Assembly (NCBI GenBank): GCA_963727445.1
Contig: CAVSGI010000020.1
Coordinates: 320,001 to 384,000 of the forward strand
Reading direction: 5' to 3'
DNA from: an uncultured delta proteobacterium
GTDB lineage: Bacteria; Myxococcota_A; Polyangia; Polyangiales; B10-G4
DNA: 64,000 nucleotides
Positions 58,967-64,000 of this stretch are shown here, one piece after another. A model generated the notes under the pieces. That model was not told the DNA's origin and did not search any database. It saw only the letters and a program-made list of their open reading frames with translations. A program made the position numbers and the translations under genes. How positions within the stretch are numbered: position 1 is the stretch's first letter; each line of letters opens with the position of its first letter.

Positions 58967-60352
58967 CGGCTCGATCCCACGACGTCTTCGACCTCCTCAA
59001 TCCGCTTGGGGATCGCGGAGGTGAGCACCTCGGCGCCGCTCTCGGTCACCAGGACGTCGTCTTCGATGCGGATGCCGCGGACGTCGGAGAAGCGGGCGAG
59101 GACGTCCCAGTCCACGCGATCCTTCGCCAGCGCTCGGAAGCGCTTTGCTTCGAGGATGGCGGGGACCTGGTAGAGCCCCGGCTCGATCGTCACCGCCATG
59201 CCGGGCGTGAGATTGCGATCGAGGCGAAGGTAGCCGAGACCGAATTGTTCGAGCGCTCGCGGCCGGGCGCGTAGCCGGCGCGATCGCCCGAGGTCCTCCA
59301 TGTCGTGGACGTCGAGGCCGATGAGGTGACCCACGCCGTGCGGGAAGAGCAGCGCGTGCACGCCGTCGGCGACGAGCTCGTCGGGATCGCCGCGGAAGAC
59401 GCCGAGCGAGACCATCCCCTCGGCCAGCTTCTTCGCGGCGACGAGGTGGACGTCGCGGTAGCGGGCGCCAGGGCGAACCGCGGCGATCGCCGCCTCCTGG
59501 GCCTCGAGCACCACCTGGTAGAAGTCCTTCTGCGTCGGGGAGAAGGTGCCCGTGACAGGCCAGGTCCGGGTGACGTCCGACGCCCAACCGTCGGCACCCT
59601 CGGCGCCGACATCGCAGAGGAGCAGGTCTCCCTCCTCGAGGCGGTTGTGATGCGATTCGTTGTGAAGGACCTCACCGTGGACGGTGACGATCGGGCCGTA
59701 GGCGTAGCTGAGAATCCTCGGCGACGACGATGGCGTCGAAGGCCGCGCGCACCTCGGACTCTCGGAGTCCAGGCGCGGTCGCTGCCATCGCCGCGAGGTG
59801 CGCGGCGGTGGTGACCGCCGAGGCGCTGCGAAGGCTCTCAATCGCCGCATCGTCGTGGACGAGTCGAAGGGAGATCAGCGCGTCGATCAGCGGCAGGTCT
59901 TCGGGCTCGAAATGACCGGAGACAATCTCGCGGCCGAGGAGGGCCGTTTGCCGCGCGCGGGTCGCGGCGTCGGGGGCGGCCACGGTGCAAGCCTCACTGC
60001 CGCCGAGCGCGTCGCCCAGCGCCGACAGGGGGCGCACCCGACACTTCGTCTTCTGCGCGATCTCGGCGTGGCTCGGTGTCGCGCCATGCCAGAGCGCGTC
60101 GTCCTGTGCGGGCACCGGGAGGTAGAGCGTGTGCTCATCTCCCTCGATCAGGAGCATCCCGTCGATGAGCGGAAGGCCCACCAGATACAGGAAGTGGCTC
60201 GAGGCGCGGAAGGGGAAGGTCTGCGCCGGGTAGTTGCGCGAGACGAGACCGCCGGCCCCGATCAGCGCCACCCGAGTGTCGAGCGCGCTCGCGAGGCGAT
60301 TCCGCCGCGCGATGAACGCGTCGGGCTCGTATCCCGCGAGCGTCAACGACAC
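58963..60352 (-). CDS. pepP: Xaa-Pro aminopeptidase (M24B); +1 indel ~59714 and compensating +1/-1 pair ~59288/~59248
   Basis: FRASSHFLYL, LHN, DVG, ASDVTRT, PHGVGHLIGLDVHD, TIEPGLY, GIRIEDD. Confidence 0.88.
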
Positions 60353-61546
60353 CTAGTCGAGTCCCTTCTTGGGCAGGGGCTCGCCGTACTTTCGCTGCTC
60401 GTTCTCCACGTACAGGTCTGCACGGTCCTGCGTTCGGCCCTGCCACTCGGCGTGGAGCTTCTCGTAGGCGCGCACGCGGCGCTCGGCGCGGGCGCGGTCG
60501 GCGGAGAGCAGCTCGGCGTCGCCCAGTGCGGCGATGGCCTCGTCAATCTGACGCAGGCAGAGGCGGGCGCGGGCGAGGGCGTCCACGGTGTTGTCCAAGT
60601 CGGCGAAGTGGGCGGCCTGAACCAGCATCCGCGACCACTCCGCCCGCTTTTGGGCGAGAATCCATGCCGCCGTTGTAGCGCCTTTTCGAGCGATCGATAA
60701 ACCCCCCATGGTTTTCGGGGGGAGGGGCCGGCCTCGAATCTCGTCCAGATGGGCGACCGGTTGCGCCAAAAGGACGGCCTCGGCTTCCGGCGCCGGGGCG
60801 AAGTAGGCGACCTCCAGGGCCTCCTCCACGCCGCCACTCTCGGCGCCCCCGCAGCCGGCCAGAGCGCCCACGCGGCTGCCGCGTGCCCAGTCCAACAAGA
60901 CGTTGTCCTGGGAGAGGGGCGAATCCACCCCCACCAAGGAACCGCTCGAGAGGCTGGCGGCGAGGCGCTGCTCGCGCTCCACTCCGCAGCCTCGGGTGAA
61001 GACCCGCTCGCATTCCACCGGTCCCATCTTCAGGGTTCCGAGAGGGGTCTCGATGGAGAGCCCATCGTTGCCGAGGCCTTCGGCCACCGCGCGCCGGGCG
61101 GTCACGAAGACCGCCTGCGCCTGACCGCCCGTGAGCGTCGAGACGTCGACGGTGGTGCCCGTCGCGCTGTCCCACTGGGTCTCACGGGTCAGATGAACCG
61201 CCTCTTCTTTGTGAAAGAAGGCGGCGACCGTCGCCGTCGGCCATGCGAACTCCTGCATCACGCCGTTCGGGATGACCTCGACAAGCACCCTCTCCTCGTT
61301 CAGCGCGCGGACCACGCCGGGGGCGTCGTGATAAATCAAGGGTGACATCCCGAAGCCGCCGCGTTCGCCGGACAGTCCGTCGACGCCGCAGCTGTTGGCA
61401 GCGGGTCCATCGAGGGCGCCGAGGGCGTTCGTGTTGTCGGCCAGAGAGGACGGCCGGGATGACGCGAGGTCGCGGTTCGGGGAGGCGCAACCGACCAGGG
61501 CCGAAAGGGCGATCGCGGGCAGGAGGATCGGGGTCGCTTTCGTCAT
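60353..61546 (-). CDS. Hypothetical lipoprotein
   Basis: MTKATPILLPAIALSALVGC lipobox. Confidence 0.65.
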   Translation of the reverse strand: MTKATPILLPAIALSALVGCASPNRDLASSRPSSLADNTNALGALDGPAANSCGVDGLSGERGGFGMSPLIYHDAPGVVRALNEERVLVEVIPNGVMQEFAWPTATVAAFFHKEEAVHLTRETQWDSATGTTVDVSTLTGGQAQAVFVTARRAVAEGLGNDGLSIETPLGTLKMGPVECERVFTRGCGVEREQRLAASLSSGSLVGVDSPLSQDNVLLDWARGSRVGALAGCGGAESGGVEEALEVAYFAPAPEAEAVLLAQPVAHLDEIRGRPLPPKTMGGLSIARKGATTAAWILAQKRAEWSRMLVQAAHFADLDNTVDALARARLCLRQIDEAIAALGDAELLSADRARAERRVRAYEKLHAEWQGRTQDRADLYVENEQRKYGEPLPKKGLD

Positions 61547-61558
61547 GCTCTCGAGCTG

Positions 61559-61574
61559 TGCAAAGCTCGGGCCG
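61559..61574 (-). promoter_or_regulatory. Putative sigma54 promoter
   Basis: Minus strand CGGCCCGAGCTTTGCA (GG-N10-GC) upstream of ATG 61546. Confidence 0.45.
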
Positions 61575-61702
61575 CGCAAATTCGCCCAGAAAGGCCCAGG
61601 ATTGCTCGGCGTTCCTGGAACATGGAGCGCGCAATGGGGTCCTCGGGCGCCGGGTCATCACTCCACAGTGAGGCCGCCATGTACCAGCGCAGGCCTCCCC
61701 CC

Positions 61703-62966
61703 TCAGAAGCCGGCGGTGAGGCCGAGGGTGGCGGTGTCCTGGGTCTGGCTGTTGGGGACGTAGGCGCCGGTCGTCGGGTCGGTGGCCACGGTGCCGCTGT
61801 AATAGGTCGGGGCGGTGGGGGCGCTGCCGCCGAGGTCCATGGAGCTCGCCGTCTGGTCGTGGCGGTACTCGAGGTAGAAGGCGACGTGCTCGTCCGGGCC
61901 GAAGGTCAGGGTGACGGTGCTCGAGGCGACGAGGGGGGCGGTGGGGTAGAAGATCCGCAGGTTGGCGGCGTCGCCGGGGGAGCGCTCGAGGAACGCGTCC
62001 TGGCGGATGGCCACGGCCAGCCAGTCGGTCGGCAGCACGCGCGCGTAGAATCGCCCCACCCATCCACCAGTCCATCTGCCCGCCGGACTGAGGCTCGAAG
62101 CCGCCGTCCGCGTGGAAGGCGAGGCGCAGCCAGGGCGTGATCACCGCCGAGATCCATCCGTCGAAGATGCTCCGCCAGTTGCCGTCGGCGCGCTCGACGC
62201 CTCCATAATAGAGGAGCTGCGCCTCGAAACGTTCGTATTGGAAGCCGACCCAGCCGGCGACCGACTTCGCCTGGTTGTTGTCGAGGATGTTGCCGGCGCC
62301 GTTGTACACGGCGGTGTGGACGCTGATCTCGTCGTTGACCTGCGTCGTGAGGTGGATGCCCAGGTGATAGAAGGGCAGGGCGTAGCAGAGGGTGGACTGC
62401 GACCAGTTCCAGTTCTTGCGGATGGTGATGGACTCGATGCCGATGGGGGACAGGAAGATGCCGGCTTCGACTGCGACGTCGTTCAGGATCGGCGCCAGGT
62501 AGCCGAGGTAGGCCTCTTGGATGAATCGATAGGTGGACGCGGAGCTCGCGCCCACGCCATCGCTCGGGCCGGCGGTGTCGGTCGGCTCGGACAGGTAATA
62601 GGTGTCCGGCGTTCGCCCGGCCTGAAGCGCGATGTACGCGTAGACCCGGTCGAACTCGAATCGGGTGTTGAGGCTCACGTTCTCGAAGTTGAAGGTCGCG
62701 TGACGGTTGTCGAAGCCGCGCCAGGCGATGATCCCGTTCGAGGGATTCTGAAACGACCAGGTGAAGCTGTTCTCGACGTAGCCGCCGAAGCGCGCGGTGA
62801 TCGCTGGGCCGCCATCGCTGAGCTCGGCGGAGAGCGTGGGCGATTCGGCTGCGTCGTCCCCCTGTCCCACGCCGTCCGTGAGCCCCTCCGGGATCTGTTG
62901 AGCCTCGGCATCGAGGGCCCAGATCGCGGGCAAGAAGAGGGCGGTGATGATCGTCGTGCGCAACAT
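61703..62966 (-). CDS. Outer-membrane beta-barrel porin (BBP2/OmpL-like); +1 indel near 62050
   Basis: FGGYVE, IQEAYLGY, AGIFLSPIGIE..NWNWS, PFYHLG, LEYRHD, C-terminal Phe. Confidence 0.85.
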
Positions 62967-63111
62967 GAGCGTGCGTTGGGCGCGACTTGTAACCCGAGGC
63001 GGCCGCACATCAAAGGCTCGGGGGGGGTGTTGGCCAGGGTACCGGTCCGGGTATGCTCCCCAGCGGAAGGGTGGGCGGCGCATAGCGTCTCTCGCGGTGA
63101 AAGGGATACTC

Positions 63112-64000
63112 ATGACGATGCGAGCGACGACCTTGCTTCTGCTGGCGGCCGGCCTCGTGCTGCCCGCGTGTGGTGACGATTCGACCACCGGCGACGGCGG
63201 CGGAGACACCGGCACGACCATGGACACCGGCACTGGCGACGGCAGCCCGGGTGACGGCAGTCCTGGCGACGGCAGTCCTGGCGACGGCAGTCCCGGCGAC
63301 GGCAGCCCGGGCGATGGCAGCCCCGGTGACGGTGCGATGGACAGCGCCGTGGACACGGGCCCGCCTCCCGCTTGTGAAGCGCCGGTGCTTCCCGGTCTCG
63401 CTGCGGAGGAGATCGCGCCTGGCAGCTTCAGCTCACCTCTCTTCGTGACGCAAGCGCCGGGCAGCACGGACACCCTCTGGGTCGTTCAGCGTGGCGGTCG
63501 CATCCGCCTGGTGCGCGGCGGCTCGGTGGTGGGAGATTTTCTCGACGTCAGCGGTCGCATCACCACGGGTGGTGGAGAGCAGGGGCTGCTCGGCCTCGCC
63601 TTCCATCCGGACTACGAAACCAACGGTCGGTTCTTCATCTACTACACGGCGAGCGGAGGCGGCAACGCCGTGGTCGCCGAGTATGGCGTGAGCAGTGACC
63701 CAGACGTCGCCGACACCACCGAGGTCCGGCGCCTGGTGGACATCCCCGAACCCCAGGGCAACCACAATGGAGGCAACCTCGCCTTCGGACCGGACGGATT
63801 CCTCTATGCCGGAACGGGTGACGGCGGTGGGTCGTGTGACTCGCACGGCGACCCCGGCAATGGACAGGACACCGACGTCCTCCTCGGCAAGCTGCTGCGC
63901 CTCGACGTCGACAACACGGGCGGCGATTTTGCGGCGGCCGGCAACCCCTTCGCTTCCGGCGGGGGCCTGCCCCAGATCTGGGCCTACGGCCTGCGCAATC
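63112..64000 (+). CDS. PQQ-dependent glucose/sorbosone dehydrogenase family lipoprotein; 3' truncated by window (absent from ORF track)
   Basis: LPAC-GDD lipobox; GEQGLLGLAFHPDY, NHNGGNLAFGPDGFLY, GKLLRLD, IWAYGLRN. Confidence 0.92.
   Translation, partial: MTMRATTLLLLAAGLVLPACGDDSTTGDGGGDTGTTMDTGTGDGSPGDGSPGDGSPGDGSPGDGSPGDGSPGDGAMDSAVDTGPPPACEAPVLPGLAAEEIAPGSFSSPLFVTQAPGSTDTLWVVQRGGRIRLVRGGSVVGDFLDVSGRITTGGGEQGLLGLAFHPDYETNGRFFIYYTASGGGNAVVAEYGVSSDPDVADTTEVRRLVDIPEPQGNHNGGNLAFGPDGFLYAGTGDGGGSCDSHGDPGNGQDTDVLLGKLLRLDVDNTGGDFAAAGNPFASGGGLPQIWAYGLRN
63235..63330 (+). repeat. 15-nt tandem repeat encoding (GDGSP)x6
   Basis: GGCGACGGCAGCCCG variants, read directly. Confidence 0.9.

Noticed and set aside
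59240..59720. Programmed frameshifting in pepP
   Set aside because: No slippery site; same indel pattern as unrelated genes
63020..63027. G8 tract as a phase-variation switch between the porin and dehydrogenase genes
   Set aside because: Short for this GC content, and homopolymer lengths are unreliable in this assembly

Overview
High-GC chromosomal window whose gene content points to Myxococcota, probably Polyangia/Sandaracinaceae-like (inferred from four Ser/Thr kinases, FHA/PP2C/TPR/PEGA proteins and many Cys-rich 'GCGDD' lipoproteins). It holds about 60 densely packed genes, mixing housekeeping functions (ltaE, anmK, KdsC-like phosphatase, phosphohexomutase, def, aminopeptidase P, two beta-carbonic anhydrases, POT transporter) with envelope and signalling genes. 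There is one tRNA-Thr(CGT) with a decayed tyrosine-integrase remnant at its 3' end. About ten single-base indels split ordinary genes and most look like long-read errors. The best candidate for an undescribed system is a DUF222-HNH nuclease gene (15069-16412) carrying three copies of the perfect 16-bp palindrome CGTCTCCGCGGAGACG, two arranged as a 23-nt repeat/31-nt spacer/23-nt repeat inside the coding sequence. Other highlights: a large non-RD kinase translationally coupled to an apparently full-length SUFU homolog; a zinc-ribbon-FHA2 / acidic PP2C / FHA-pseudoprotease operon; a lipoprotein-GRRP-ferritin-like fusion; and a recurring leaderless-promoter geometry (TANNNT-N6/8-start, plus sigma54-like boxes just upstream of start codons). 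All calls come from motif reading only; no searches were run.
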